DNA of 64,000 nt. Source: a virus. A program made the position numbers and the translations under genes. The stretch lies in IMG/VR virus record IMGVR_UViG_3300025812_000003; one strand, 5' to 3'. The notes beneath the pieces were generated by a model. That model had not been told where the DNA came from and made no database searches. It saw nothing but the letters and a program-made list of their open reading frames with translations. Shown piece after piece: positions 28,467 to 38,825 of the stretch (within the stretch, counting starts at the first letter, position 1; each line of letters starts with the position of its first letter).

Positions 28467-28988
28467 ATGGACGCATTGAAGGAACGAGAGAAGGAAACGG
28501 GCTTCAAGAAGGTCTCGGAGGCGGACCACCACTACAGCACAGGCATGCAGCGGGACACCCGGGAAGGCAAGGGGGGCCTCCACTGGATGCCGTGGGATGC
28601 CGTCTGGCTCGTCTCCACGATCTACGAGACGGGGAACAAGGGGCGCAGCAAGACGGGGGACGGCAACGACCGGAACTGGGAGAACGGCGGGGACATCCTG
28701 GACTTCCTCCAGAGCGCCCTGAACCACATCACGGCCTACATCGCCGGGGACCGCTCCGAGCCCCACCTGCCGCAGGCGGCCTGGAACCTTCTGAACGCAA
28801 TCCAGATATCCATATGGGTGTACCTGGGCTTCCGGCCGAAGGAGCTCAACAAGCTCCCCAACCATCGCTCCCCATGGAAGCCGGGCGACGAACCCCCCTG
28901 CCCGCTCTCGCCCGTCGAGGTCGAAAGGCTGAAGTTCAAGGGCGTCATCGCCGTCCCCGAGGAAGCGCAAAAGGACATTCCGTTCTAG
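28467..28988 (+). CDS. dATP/dGTP diphosphohydrolase-like (DUF5664) protein
   Basis: STGMQRD..GKG...YETG.K...RNWE.G...SA.NH...G...EPHL..AAWN. Confidence 0.75.
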   Translation: MDALKEREKETGFKKVSEADHHYSTGMQRDTREGKGGLHWMPWDAVWLVSTIYETGNKGRSKTGDGNDRNWENGGDILDFLQSALNHITAYIAGDRSEPHLPQAAWNLLNAIQISIWVYLGFRPKELNKLPNHRSPWKPGDEPPCPLSPVEVERLKFKGVIAVPEEAQKDIPF

Positions 28989-29011
28989 CCGCCTCTTATA
29001 CAGAGGCCCCT

Positions 29012-29893
29012 ATGCTGGAAATCTTCCTCCGTTCCTACATCGACACCGCCCTCTGGTCGAGCACGGGGGGGCTGTACGAAGGCGACCAGGAGCCCCTGGA
29101 CAAGAACTACGGCAGGTCCGACCTGTCCCCCGCCACCCTCGCCGCCATGAGGGAGGACTGCGCCAAGTTCTGCAGGGAGAACGAGGACCTCCTATGGAAG
29201 GCAAGGACGGAGGATGGCCAGGACTATGCCCGGCAGGGGCACGACTTCTGGCTCACCAGGAACCACCATGGGGCCGGATTCTGGGACGGGGACTATCCGT
29301 CCACGGGCGAGGCCCTGACGGAGGCGGCGCAGGCATTCGGGGAAGCAGATTTGTACGTCGGGGACGATGGCTACATCTACCAATCGGGGGCGGAAGACAA
29401 GGGAAGGCTGCCCATCAAGCCGAGGTACCAGTTCGACGAAAGCGACAGGCAGAGCCTCAAGTCCATGGGCATCATGGGCTCCAAGAAAAAGTCGGCATCC
29501 TTTGCCGAGGAGCAGTGGGGGGATGCCCTCCTGCGCAAGGGATGGCACATCGACAACGAAAGGACGGGAAGGCACGACTGGGAAGACGACATATGGACGC
29601 ACAACGATTTTCCCCGCCTAGAAATGCGGGTGCACGAGGGCAAGGACGGCTCCTGGTTCGAGGCCCGGGAGGACGGGCAGGAAGCCCTTCATGGGGACGA
29701 CACGGACGAGCTCTGGCGCTGGCTGTCCGACGTCGAGGTGGCCGGGGAGGCGGAGAAGGAAGCACCGATCTTCCACAGCAGGGAGCCCGACGAGCAGGAC
29801 CTTGAGGAGCTTGAGGAAATGGGGGTAAGGTGGGCGGCCAAAAGCCCGTTGCTCAGGAAAAACAGGAGACGGAGGATTCGGGGTTCTGCGTGA
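29012..29893 (+). CDS. hypothetical phage protein
   Basis: YIDTALWSS...GHDFWLTRNHHGAGFWDG. Confidence 0.7.
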   Translation: MLEIFLRSYIDTALWSSTGGLYEGDQEPLDKNYGRSDLSPATLAAMREDCAKFCRENEDLLWKARTEDGQDYARQGHDFWLTRNHHGAGFWDGDYPSTGEALTEAAQAFGEADLYVGDDGYIYQSGAEDKGRLPIKPRYQFDESDRQSLKSMGIMGSKKKSASFAEEQWGDALLRKGWHIDNERTGRHDWEDDIWTHNDFPRLEMRVHEGKDGSWFEAREDGQEALHGDDTDELWRWLSDVEVAGEAEKEAPIFHSREPDEQDLEELEEMGVRWAAKSPLLRKNRRRRIRGSA

Positions 29894-30024
29894 AAGGCGC
29901 ATGAGCAGCGTAGGGTTGGATTGAGTCGACCGTCACCGAAACTGCGAGAAAATTGGGCGAAATTCCCTGCACCCCGCCAACATGCAGGAAGGGAGGCACA
30001 CCATGACATAAGGAGGAACTCCTT

Positions 30025-30369
30025 ATGTCCAACTCGTACCGCAAGCCCTACGCATCGTGCTGCGGGACTGCGTCTGCCAAAAACGATAAGACGCGGGCCG
30101 CTCGCGGGGTGAGGAGGGCGCAGAACGCCGCCGCCAGGCGGATGCTCTCCGACCCGGACCTGCTGATGCCCCATCGCCTCGAATGCTCCTGGAACAACAC
30201 CTATAGCTGGTCCCGCGATGGCGGGAAAAGGCTGCAGATTCCCACGGCCAGGGACTGGAGTCGCCATGTTCAGGCGCTCCTGGACCTCGAATGCTACGGG
30301 AGAGGGTGGGCATGGGAGTGCTATCTCGAATGGCCCCCGGCATGGTACGCCGAGTTCACGAGGAAATGA
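30025..30369 (+). CDS. basic hypothetical protein
   Basis: AGGAGG SD; MSNSYRKP. Confidence 0.6.
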   Translation: MSNSYRKPYASCCGTASAKNDKTRAARGVRRAQNAAARRMLSDPDLLMPHRLECSWNNTYSWSRDGGKRLQIPTARDWSRHVQALLDLECYGRGWAWECYLEWPPAWYAEFTRK

Positions 30370-30527
30370 CGGCGGACCCCCTTATCCCCATTCAAGATTT
30401 TTCCGCTTTTTTCGTAGAATTCCGGTATAGTATAGGCTGGAGGCACCATGGGGAGAAAATTTCGAGCCTATTCCTGGAACGAGGGGCAAAAGCCTACCGA
30501 GGTGCCGTGAGAAAGGGAGGATAAGCC

Positions 30528-30911
30528 ATGAAAGGGCTGGTTTTGAATTTCGTATTCAAATATGCGCTATGGGCATGTGCCGCCATCGTCGCCGTTATGG
30601 CCCTGAGGAACATGGTCAGGGAATTCCTCAGGCTGTTCTTTCCCAAGAAGGCAAACCCCCTGGTCCCTGCCAAGTACAGGCTGAGGTTGTCGGACGTCAT
30701 GGCGGTCCAGTTCCTTGACCAGCCCGTAAGGGGAATGTGCCTGGAACCCAACTGTTTGGTAAAGGTGTCCTTTGCATGTGCGGCACACGTCCATTACCCA
30801 TGCGGATATGGCGAAGTGAAGTACGGGAGCTGGATAGTGACCGAAGAGGACGGAACGACATGGGTTTGCGGCGATGCGGACTTCTGCGAGGACTACAAGC
30901 CGGTCGGCTGA
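30528..30911 (+). CDS. membrane-anchored hypothetical protein
   Basis: GGAGG SD. Confidence 0.55.
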   Translation: MKGLVLNFVFKYALWACAAIVAVMALRNMVREFLRLFFPKKANPLVPAKYRLRLSDVMAVQFLDQPVRGMCLEPNCLVKVSFACAAHVHYPCGYGEVKYGSWIVTEEDGTTWVCGDADFCEDYKPVG

Positions 30912-30983
30912 GGCAAAGAATCCCGTCGAATCCTTCTCTGGCCGATGTATAGTATGGTTGAGGGCAAAAGGCCCCCAAGGAGA

Positions 30984-31319
30984 ATGACAATGCTGCACAA
31001 CCACGGCATACTGTTCTGGGTGTTCATTGGATTCCTGCTGAACGAGGCCATCGAGGCCGTCATCGTCGTCGTCGTCCTGTTCCTTCTGCGCAAGATCGTA
31101 AGCCTGCGGCGCTTGGCTGCCGCCCTGTCCTTCCTGCTCACCGACCCCAGGTCGTTTGCAAGGGCCATCAACGCCTACGACTTTCCCGGGTTGTCCGAGG
31201 AGGATAATAGCGACCCGGAAGGGGAAGAGCTAACCGAAGAGGCCGAAAGGCAGTGTGAGTGCTCACGCCAACGTCGGATGGCAGAGCACCTCCGGCTAAC
31301 CGAAGAGGCCGAAAGGTAG
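30984..31319 (+). CDS. membrane protein; possible TAG read-through to 31409
   Basis: TM segments; internal repeat LTEEAER(Q/*)C.CS. Confidence 0.5.
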   Translation: MTMLHNHGILFWVFIGFLLNEAIEAVIVVVVLFLLRKIVSLRRLAAALSFLLTDPRSFARAINAYDFPGLSEEDNSDPEGEELTEEAERQCECSRQRRMAEHLRLTEEAER

Positions 31320-31405
31320 TGTGGGTGCTCTGCATGCAAGGCGGACGAAGAGGCGGACACGGCACAACTATACAACTCCGGTATGCTAGATAAACAAGGT
31401 GATGT

Positions 31406-32266
31406 ATGAAACAACAAGTCCTGATCTACGGCAACAGGAAGCAAGACGACATACAGTTCCCATTCTCAACGCAGAAAGAGAAGGAAGCTGCCTTCCTCAG
31501 GCTCTTCGAATACCTGCGCATCGCATGGGAAGTCTACGGCGACCTGACGCCCAAGCAGAGGGCCCTCTACGAACAGGCTAAGCAGAAGAATGGCAAGGCA
31601 GCCATCAGGCTACTCTCCCTGCGCAGGGCCTACGAATACGAGCGCTGGCACGTCGAGAAGGTGCCTGCCAAGGCGGCTAGGCAGTTGTCCAGACTCCTCG
31701 TGCCAAAGCCGCATTGGGCGGACGTCAAGGCGGTCCGTACCGACCGCCAAGGCGATTGTACAATCGTCAGGCTGACCCTCAGCGGCAAACAGCAAGTGGC
31801 CCTTGCGCTGGTGCCCTACATGGTGCAGGGGCACGATGTCTGGGAAAAGCTCAACGAAGCGCAGCAGTTCGTCATTGCCACCCTAGATTCCGGAGCCCAG
31901 CATGAAATGCACAACGCCGAAGCACTAAAGAAGGCGCTGCACACGGTCAACGAGCTCCGGCACTGCCTCCACTACGCAAGGTTCCCGGAAACGGCACCAC
32001 CCAGATGCTCGCCAGACAGGCTGTTCGACCGGGTTAGCCAGTCGGCGGAGGCCTTCCTGGTCGAGCATTCCAACACGCCACTGGAGGAGCTAACGCATGC
32101 CAAGCGGGTGCCCACCGAGCTCGACGAGGCCAAGGAACTGCTGGCGGAGGCAAGGCGGTGCATAGGTGCCTTGGCATATCACTTCAAAAAACTGGGCAAT
32201 GCCGAACTACTGAAGGACTTGCTCCGTACCTACAAACAGGTCATGACGGAGGACATGCCAGTATGA
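31406..32266 (+). CDS. hypothetical protein
   Basis: 286-aa ORF. Confidence 0.65.
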   Translation: MKQQVLIYGNRKQDDIQFPFSTQKEKEAAFLRLFEYLRIAWEVYGDLTPKQRALYEQAKQKNGKAAIRLLSLRRAYEYERWHVEKVPAKAARQLSRLLVPKPHWADVKAVRTDRQGDCTIVRLTLSGKQQVALALVPYMVQGHDVWEKLNEAQQFVIATLDSGAQHEMHNAEALKKALHTVNELRHCLHYARFPETAPPRCSPDRLFDRVSQSAEAFLVEHSNTPLEELTHAKRVPTELDEAKELLAEARRCIGALAYHFKKLGNAELLKDLLRTYKQVMTEDMPV

Positions 32267-32505
32267 GAAGGGCGTGGCTGGCCGCCATCCTGATGGTCCC
32301 CGTGCTCATGGGGGCGGCAGGGAAGAAAGGGTGCAAGGACGAACCCCCGTGCCGGTATTGCATGTGCGGCAAACCCGAGTCGCAGTGCGACAAGGCCTGC
32401 TGCGCCGGAAAGAAAACATCGGCGACCGCCCACGAAAGATACCAGTGCGCGGCGAAATGCTGGCACCGTGACAAAAAGCTGGAAAAGAATCCGCAGTCCT
32501 GGTAG
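32263..32505 (+). CDS. secreted Cys-rich small protein
   Basis: Signal peptide, 9 Cys. Confidence 0.5.
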   Translation: MRRAWLAAILMVPVLMGAAGKKGCKDEPPCRYCMCGKPESQCDKACCAGKKTSATAHERYQCAAKCWHRDKKLEKNPQSW

Positions 32506-32523
32506 GCCGGAACGGAGGATGAC

Positions 32524-33030
32524 ATGGCACCCCTGCAGTCCCTTATGTCGGAGCTGGAAAAAGACAAGCACCACCGATTCCCCAACCTGGCCGTAACCAA
32601 GTGCCTCTATGACCACGAAGGCGAACCCCTGAGGAACGAGAAGGTATTCAAAGAAACGGACGACGCCGTATGTGCGGAGCTTGCCGCCGCTGGCCTGGAG
32701 AAGGAAAGCATATTCCAGAATGATGCCTTGCGGTACAGCGGCAAGGGACGGTACTTCGAGGTCCCGGCCTCCGTCGTCGGCCTGCCGCACCGCTGGCAGC
32801 TCCGGCGTGCCTGGGGGTACTGGATCGCTACCGGACCCGGAATTCCCCCCGAGCATGCCATCCCGTTTGACGAGGAGTGGGGAAAAGAAGTCAGGGTGGC
32901 GGGGGACTGTGCCTGTCGCGGAGCCGAGTTCTGGGGCCAGGGGTTCGCCATCGGGGTGTACCACATCGACACCCAGGAGGGCCTCAGCGCCTTCGTGAAG
33001 CTCCTGGAAAAGGTCCACAGGCCAAGGTAG
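32524..33030 (+). CDS. hypothetical phage protein
   Basis: FPNLA...W.LRRAW.YW...RVAGDCAC...YHIDTQEGL. Confidence 0.65.
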   Translation: MAPLQSLMSELEKDKHHRFPNLAVTKCLYDHEGEPLRNEKVFKETDDAVCAELAAAGLEKESIFQNDALRYSGKGRYFEVPASVVGLPHRWQLRRAWGYWIATGPGIPPEHAIPFDEEWGKEVRVAGDCACRGAEFWGQGFAIGVYHIDTQEGLSAFVKLLEKVHRPR

Positions 33031-33045
33031 CAAAAGGAGGGGACG

Positions 33046-33318
33046 ATGTTCCTGGAATTGCACCAAATACAAGGAAGAGATCCCGTGCTGATCGGCGCTT
33101 CCCATATAGCCTACATCCTGCAAAAGGAGGACCACACCATCGTAAAGCTGGGCGGAGCCGTCAGAAACACCGAACCCGTGCAGTTTATCGTGGAGGAATC
33201 ATACGAGACCGTCAAGGCCATGATACGGCTCAAGAGCAGGCTGGTGACGAAGGGCATGTCCTTCTTTCCCGACACGACGTGGGGCGAAGCACGAGGCACG
33301 GACGTAGAAGGACGTTAG
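33046..33318 (+). CDS. hypothetical protein
   Basis: AGGAGG SD. Confidence 0.55.
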   Translation: MFLELHQIQGRDPVLIGASHIAYILQKEDHTIVKLGGAVRNTEPVQFIVEESYETVKAMIRLKSRLVTKGMSFFPDTTWGEARGTDVEGR

Positions 33319-33321
33319 GCA

Positions 33322-33651
33322 ATGCCCGAAAAAGAAACCTCCGAGAAGCCCGAGAAGCCCCCGTGGTCGCCGGTGCCCGAGAGCAAGGCCGGGAAGGCAG
33401 CGTTCTTCTTCTTCTCCCAGCTCGTCTCGTACTTCCTCCTGGCCGCCAACTTCCGGGCGATTGCCAAGGGGTATTACCTCTACACGGCGAGCACCGACCT
33501 CCTGATAGCGTTCCAGGGCATCGTCGTGACCAAGCTGATGATAGAGGACAAGAGGTCGAGGGACTGGGTGGTGGTGGGGGCCTACACCCTCGGGGGGGCG
33601 TTCGGCTCCCTCCTGTCCATCTGGCTGACCAAGAAGCTGTACGGAGGATGA
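33322..33651 (+). CDS. small multi-pass membrane protein
   Basis: Three hydrophobic segments. Confidence 0.6.
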   Translation: MPEKETSEKPEKPPWSPVPESKAGKAAFFFFSQLVSYFLLAANFRAIAKGYYLYTASTDLLIAFQGIVVTKLMIEDKRSRDWVVVGAYTLGGAFGSLLSIWLTKKLYGG

Positions 33652-33652
33652 C

Positions 33653-34003
33653 ATGCACACGATAAGCCAGGCCCAGTTGTTCGTGCTGGCGCTCCAGCTT
33701 TCCGACGCCCTGTACGGCAACAACCAATGGGGAGGGGACACGGCGGAAATCTACGCTTATACGCTCCAGAGAGCCAATCCCGCGGCGACATACGGCAAGG
33801 ATACGTCCTTCGGGCGGGAGGCCCTGCGGAAGATTTCCCTCGAAGCGGGCAGGGCGCTGCGCCAGGTGCTGGAGCTGTTCTGCAAGGAAAAGGAATGCCG
33901 GGCGGAGGTGGACGGCGTGCCCCTCAAGAAGCTGGGGAAAAACTGGATGCTGGTCCATAGGAGCCACGTCAGGATCATAAAGAAGAAGGAGCGGCGAGGA
34001 TGA
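33653..34003 (+). CDS. hypothetical protein
   Basis: GGAGG SD. Confidence 0.55.
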   Translation: MHTISQAQLFVLALQLSDALYGNNQWGGDTAEIYAYTLQRANPAATYGKDTSFGREALRKISLEAGRALRQVLELFCKEKECRAEVDGVPLKKLGKNWMLVHRSHVRIIKKKERRG

Positions 34004-34665
34004 CCAAGGGCAGGGAGCCAAAGGCAAGCATGTCGGCGAGCGGCAACCCCGTGCTGGAGGCGGCGGTCATGGAAATCAGCTTGGTGGCCGTTTCCGGCGT
34101 GCCCCAGGGAAAGGGGTACGTTTTCTATGCCGACAGGGCAAGGGCCGTGCTCAAGAAGCTGGTGGACGACTGGACGACGGGGCCCGGTCCCTGCGGGATT
34201 CCTGGCCACATGTCGTACTGGGAGGGCCCGACCGGGCATGAGGACCATTGTTGTTGTTTCTCCTTGCCCGAGCTCATGGACGGCAACTACGGCACGCAGA
34301 AATGCAATTGCGGCTTCGAGAACGCGGGCTGCAGCAAATGCAGGTCCGGACAGTCGTTCGAGGCCGAGGTCGGCGCGTCGCGGGCCCTCAGGCCGGGGGA
34401 GACGTGGACGGGCATGGTCAGGTCCGCCTGCGAGGGCGAGCTGGGCATCCGCATCCCGCCGCTCGACCCGGAAAAGTTCAAGCAAGGGTACATGGTCAGG
34501 GTGACGGTGGAATGCCTGGGGCCGAGGTGGAAGCCGTTCGAGCGGGCCTGCGGGGACATGCCCTGCGGGGAATGCGGCAAGTCCCTCTATTCCCACCCGC
34601 AGCCGATCAAGGAGGAATGCCCCACCATGGTCGAGGACTGCGGGGGAAGGTGGTGGAAGCTATGA
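34000..34665 (+). CDS. Cys-rich hypothetical protein
   Basis: ATGA overlaps. Confidence 0.55.
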   Translation: MTKGREPKASMSASGNPVLEAAVMEISLVAVSGVPQGKGYVFYADRARAVLKKLVDDWTTGPGPCGIPGHMSYWEGPTGHEDHCCCFSLPELMDGNYGTQKCNCGFENAGCSKCRSGQSFEAEVGASRALRPGETWTGMVRSACEGELGIRIPPLDPEKFKQGYMVRVTVECLGPRWKPFERACGDMPCGECGKSLYSHPQPIKEECPTMVEDCGGRWWKL

Positions 34666-35768
34666 GGGAGATTCTCGTCCTGGTCGGTCTGGCAGCGGGA
34701 TTCGTTTTGGCATTCGGGATATCATGGTCGCTCCATTGGACCCGCAGGGCATGGAAGGCCGACTGCGAGTATGCCGCCATCCGGGCCAAGGAGAGGCGGA
34801 ACCTTGAGCTCGATGCCATAGGGGCGGCAAGGAATGCCCTCAGGGCATGGGGGCTCTGCCCCAGGTGCGGGACGGCCGATGGGCTGCTAGGAATCGACGG
34901 CACCCCAGAGAGCTCGGCGGATTATCGCTGGTGCGACGATGCGTTTCATGCCGTAGGGGAGTTCGATAGGTGGCCAGTCGGGGAGGCGCATGCCAGGGCG
35001 GAACGGAAGCTCATAAAGTACGGCATGAGAATCCTAAGGGGGGTCAAGGAGGCATGCTGACATGGGCATGATACTCGACACCAGGGACGACGTCCTTGGG
35101 CTGGAGGAACGGCGGGAGTCGTTCGTAGTGGTGGACAAGAAAAGGCTCTACCCCTGCGAGCAGGACCCGAGGCCGAAGGACCGGACCGTCCTTGCGGTCA
35201 AGTCGGAGTACATCTTCGCCAATGCGGACGGGGAGATAGAGGTTTCCAAGGAATTCTTGATCAAGCTGGTGGAGTTCTTCGGCCTGCCGGAGAACCGCGA
35301 CATGCTCAGGAGAAAATAACATGGGCCGGGGAATGTTGACCTTCAAGGAAACTATGAGGTTGACGGCAAGCGACGGGTGCGCCGTAAGGCGGCCCTACCC
35401 GAGGACGGCCCCATGCGCCGTGCTTTGCGAGGCGGACGGGGACCAAATCGTGGCCATGATCGGCCCCAACCCCATGGAAGGCGTGTGCGGGTACGGCGAC
35501 ACGCTGCCGGAGGCGCTGCGAAACCTGGCCAATGAGCTGGAGCGGGAAGTGGGGGAGGACCCGAAGACGGGATGACCTTCGCCATGAAGAAAAACGGGCG
35601 ATACGAAGCGGGGCCAACGCCGCATGGGACGTGGGAAATCCGGGTGCTGGACGAGGACGGCACTTGGGTATTGGTTGTATGGGTGGACGAATCATCGGGG
35701 CTCGACGAGCACTGGGGGGCGTCGAACCCCGGTTTGTTTTACAAGGAAGGGTACGCCAAGGTATTTCC

Positions 35769-36716
35769 ATGAACGAACATCTCTACGGCAAGCTCAAGCA
35801 GGCAATGGTCCAGTTCGGGAAGGTCGACCCCGACAGCGTCATCCTGGCATTCGCCTCGGGCTCCCGCTTGCACGGGGCAAGGCACGAGGGGGAGGGGGAC
35901 CTCGATGTGGCGGGAGCGTTCATAGGACGCCCGCACGAGGAGCTGCGCCTGGACAGCGAGGACCCGAAGAAGGGGGGCCACGCCAGCGCCAGCACGTCCT
36001 CGGACAAGAGGAAGAACTCCAAGGACGACGTCGACGTGAAGGCCTACAGCCTCAGGCGGTGGGCGGGCCTGGCCCTGAAGGGGAACCCCGCCGCCCTGTC
36101 GTTTCTGTTCGTCCCGGACGAGGTCCGGGACATGTCCGTGGAGCCCAAGTGCATATGGTCCTGCCCAACCGACGAGCAGCAATGCGAGTACCCGAAATGC
36201 CTGACGGAATGCCCGGACTTCGTCGGGGACAACGAATGCAAGCGCAGGAACAGGGAGGCGCACAGCCTGACGGCATGGGACCTCTTCGTCCTCCCGAACA
36301 AGGGCGTGTTCCTGGCGTCGAAGCATGCCAAGGCATTCCTGGGGCTGGGGAACGACCAGTTTGATCGGATGACGGAAAAGAACTGGGTGCGGACCCACAT
36401 CTCCCCGGTCGTTCCCGCCACGCAAGGCTACAAGAGCAAGCCCGCCATGCACATGATAAGGGGGATGATGGAAGGCATCGAGCTCCTGGGCACGGGAACC
36501 GTGACGTTTCCGAGGCCCGAGAAGGAGCTCCTCCTGGACATCAAGGAGGGAAGGATGAGCCTCCGGGAAATCCTGGACCTGTACAAGAGCCTGAGGGACA
36601 AGCTGAAGGAGGCGGAAAAGCGCTCGCCCCTCCCTCCGGAATGCGACAGGGAGGCCGCAGGCAGGCTGGTAGCGGACGCCATGCTCTGGCATTGGAAACT
36701 GAGGGGGTGGACATGA
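35769..36716 (+). CDS. RlaP-like (Pol-beta superfamily) nucleotidyltransferase
   Basis: GSRLHG....GDLDV.G.F, YSLRRW..LALKGNP, K.AMH.IR. Confidence 0.8.
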   Translation: MNEHLYGKLKQAMVQFGKVDPDSVILAFASGSRLHGARHEGEGDLDVAGAFIGRPHEELRLDSEDPKKGGHASASTSSDKRKNSKDDVDVKAYSLRRWAGLALKGNPAALSFLFVPDEVRDMSVEPKCIWSCPTDEQQCEYPKCLTECPDFVGDNECKRRNREAHSLTAWDLFVLPNKGVFLASKHAKAFLGLGNDQFDRMTEKNWVRTHISPVVPATQGYKSKPAMHMIRGMMEGIELLGTGTVTFPRPEKELLLDIKEGRMSLREILDLYKSLRDKLKEAEKRSPLPPECDREAAGRLVADAMLWHWKLRGWT

Positions 36717-37030
36717 AAGAGACCAACCTACGACCGATAGGGACCGAGTTCTGGATAGCATACCCCGTCAGCAGTGCAATCTCTCTTGGAAGGACACAGG
36801 AGAGGTTCCTGTACCGCATCGTCGCTCATGATGAGTGTGCATACTCACTCGACCCCGATAGCCTGACCTACAAGACCGAAAGAATCGTCGCCATTGCATC
36901 GCAGGGCAGGCCGGTAATCGGCATGAGGTCCGTCGAGCTCTCGGATCGCACAATCATGGACTACGTCTTCGGCGAGTGGGAAGAGATAAGCTGGAAGGAA
37001 AGCGAGACTCCGCATCACGTGGAGCCATAG
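36713..37030 (+). CDS. hypothetical protein
   Basis: ATGA overlap. Confidence 0.5.
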   Translation: MKETNLRPIGTEFWIAYPVSSAISLGRTQERFLYRIVAHDECAYSLDPDSLTYKTERIVAIASQGRPVIGMRSVELSDRTIMDYVFGEWEEISWKESETPHHVEP

Positions 37031-37053
37031 GAAAAGGAAGCGGGAGGATACCC

Positions 37054-37503
37054 ATGAAAGCAGCAACGGCCAGGGCAGCGAGCGAACGGGCAGCGGAGGC
37101 CCCCCGCATCAAGAGGGAGAAGGAATCCGAGGAGCGCAGGTTCCGGGACAAGAAGGCGAAGTCCAAAAAACACAAGGATTTCTATGCAAGCCTTCTCAGG
37201 CACATTTACGCTTCCATCGACTATACAGTCAAGGATGGAAAGAAGTCCATCTCTCGGACCCTCGTATCTGAGCACTGGGTAAGCGACAAGTCCGTCTATG
37301 GGGACTTCTTCAAGAGGTTCGAGTTCGCCAAGGAAGTCAAGCTAGTGCTGAGGAAGCTCCACAAGGACGGCTACAAGGCAGTCATCGAGGGCAGGTGCGT
37401 GGAGCACGACACCAGCGCCGCCTACATGAATAGCGGCGGCGAGTGCGGCTCCGAGACGCCTTACCATACTTACGATAGCATCCTCGTAGTTTCCTGGGAG
37501 TGA
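37054..37503 (+). CDS. hypothetical protein
   Basis: GGAGG SD. Confidence 0.55.
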   Translation: MKAATARAASERAAEAPRIKREKESEERRFRDKKAKSKKHKDFYASLLRHIYASIDYTVKDGKKSISRTLVSEHWVSDKSVYGDFFKRFEFAKEVKLVLRKLHKDGYKAVIEGRCVEHDTSAAYMNSGGECGSETPYHTYDSILVVSWE

Positions 37504-37506
37504 CTT

Positions 37507-38499
37507 ATGCCCACAAAAATCCTGATAACGGGCGGTGCGGGGTTCATCGGCCACCATTTCGTGGAGCACGTCCTCAAGGCCACGGACTGGGACGTCGTCG
37601 TCCTGGACAAGCTCACCTACGCCTCCGAGGGGTTCGACCGGCTCAGGGACATCGAGGCGTTCGACAGCCGCAGGGTCAGGACATACCCGGTGGATTTGAG
37701 GTCCAGGGTGGGGGAGGGGCTGGAAAGGGAGCTACACGTCGACTATTTGGTCCACATGGCCGCGGAGACCCACGTGGACAACTCGATTGCGGCCCCCCGC
37801 ATATTCGTGGAGTCCAACGTCATGGGGACGTTCGAGATGCTGGAGCTGGCCCGACGCCTTCCCGGGCTCAGGCGGTTCCTCTACTTCTCGACCGACGAGG
37901 TCTTCGGCCCGGCCCCCAGGACCACGGCGTACAAGGAGTGGGACAGGTACAATTCCACCAATCCCTATGCCGCCACGAAGGCGGCTGGGGAGGAGCTCTG
38001 CCTGGCGTGGGCCAACACCTACAAGGTGCCGGTGATCGTGACCCATTGCATGAATGCGTTCGGGGAAAGGCAGCATCCGGAGAAGTTCATCCCCAAGGTC
38101 GTGAAGTCCCTGCTGAGGGGGACGACCATACCCATCCACGCGTCCCCGGACAGGAAAGTCTCGGGCAGCCGCTTCTGGATACACTGCCGCAACATCGCCT
38201 CGGCCGTCCTCTTCCTCCTGGCGAACGCGTCGTTCCGGCAGAAGTACAACATAGTGGGGGAGAAGGAAGTATCCAACCTCGAACTGGCGAAGAACATCGC
38301 CTCGGTGCTCGGGAGGGACCTGAGCTACGAGATGGTGGACTTCCATTCCTCCCGCCCGGGCCACGACCTGCGCTACGGGCTGTGCGGGGACGCCATGTGG
38401 AACATGGGCTGGGAAGTCCCGATGAGCTTCGAGGACAGCCTGGCCAAGACCATCGGGTGGATGACGAGCCCCGAACACATCCATTGGCTGGGGATGTAG
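37507..38499 (+). CDS. rfbB: dTDP-glucose 4,6-dehydratase
   Basis: ITGGAGFIG, LDKLTYA, AAETHVDNSI, STDEVFG, YAATK, QHPEKFIP, RPGHDLRY. Confidence 0.9.
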   Translation: MPTKILITGGAGFIGHHFVEHVLKATDWDVVVLDKLTYASEGFDRLRDIEAFDSRRVRTYPVDLRSRVGEGLERELHVDYLVHMAAETHVDNSIAAPRIFVESNVMGTFEMLELARRLPGLRRFLYFSTDEVFGPAPRTTAYKEWDRYNSTNPYAATKAAGEELCLAWANTYKVPVIVTHCMNAFGERQHPEKFIPKVVKSLLRGTTIPIHASPDRKVSGSRFWIHCRNIASAVLFLLANASFRQKYNIVGEKEVSNLELAKNIASVLGRDLSYEMVDFHSSRPGHDLRYGLCGDAMWNMGWEVPMSFEDSLAKTIGWMTSPEHIHWLGM

Positions 38500-38513
38500 C
38501 CGGGAGGCAAACG

Positions 38514-38825
38514 TTGGAACTATGGCTCGACGACATACGCAAGCCCCCGGATAGCTGGCAGAGCGACCACATCATCGTATGGGCTAAGACCGCCGCCGAG
38601 ACCATTGCCCTGCTCAGGACGGGAGAAGTCACGTATGCCTCCCTGGACCACGACCTCGGGCTCCAGGAGGGCAACTCAGGCTATGCCGTGGTGTGCTGGA
38701 TGGAGGAGAACGGCATCTGGCCGAAGGACGGCGTGGACGTCCATTCCATGAACGTGGTCGGCCGGAAAAGGATGGAGGCAGTCATCGAGAGGGCGTACGG
38801 AAGGATGGGGAGGGGACATGGATAG
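38514..38825 (+). CDS. cyclic-phosphate-processing receiver-like domain protein
   Basis: LWLDDIR.PP, SLDHDLG, GY.V..W, HSMN.VG. Confidence 0.75.
   Translation: MELWLDDIRKPPDSWQSDHIIVWAKTAAETIALLRTGEVTYASLDHDLGLQEGNSGYAVVCWMEENGIWPKDGVDVHSMNVVGRKRMEAVIERAYGRMGRGHG

Noticed and set aside
31229-31330. CCGAAGAG-GCCGAAAGGC repeat resembling a hammerhead ribozyme core
   Set aside because: The core is CCGAAGA, not CUGANGA, and no GAAA follows stem II; it is explained as a coding duplication
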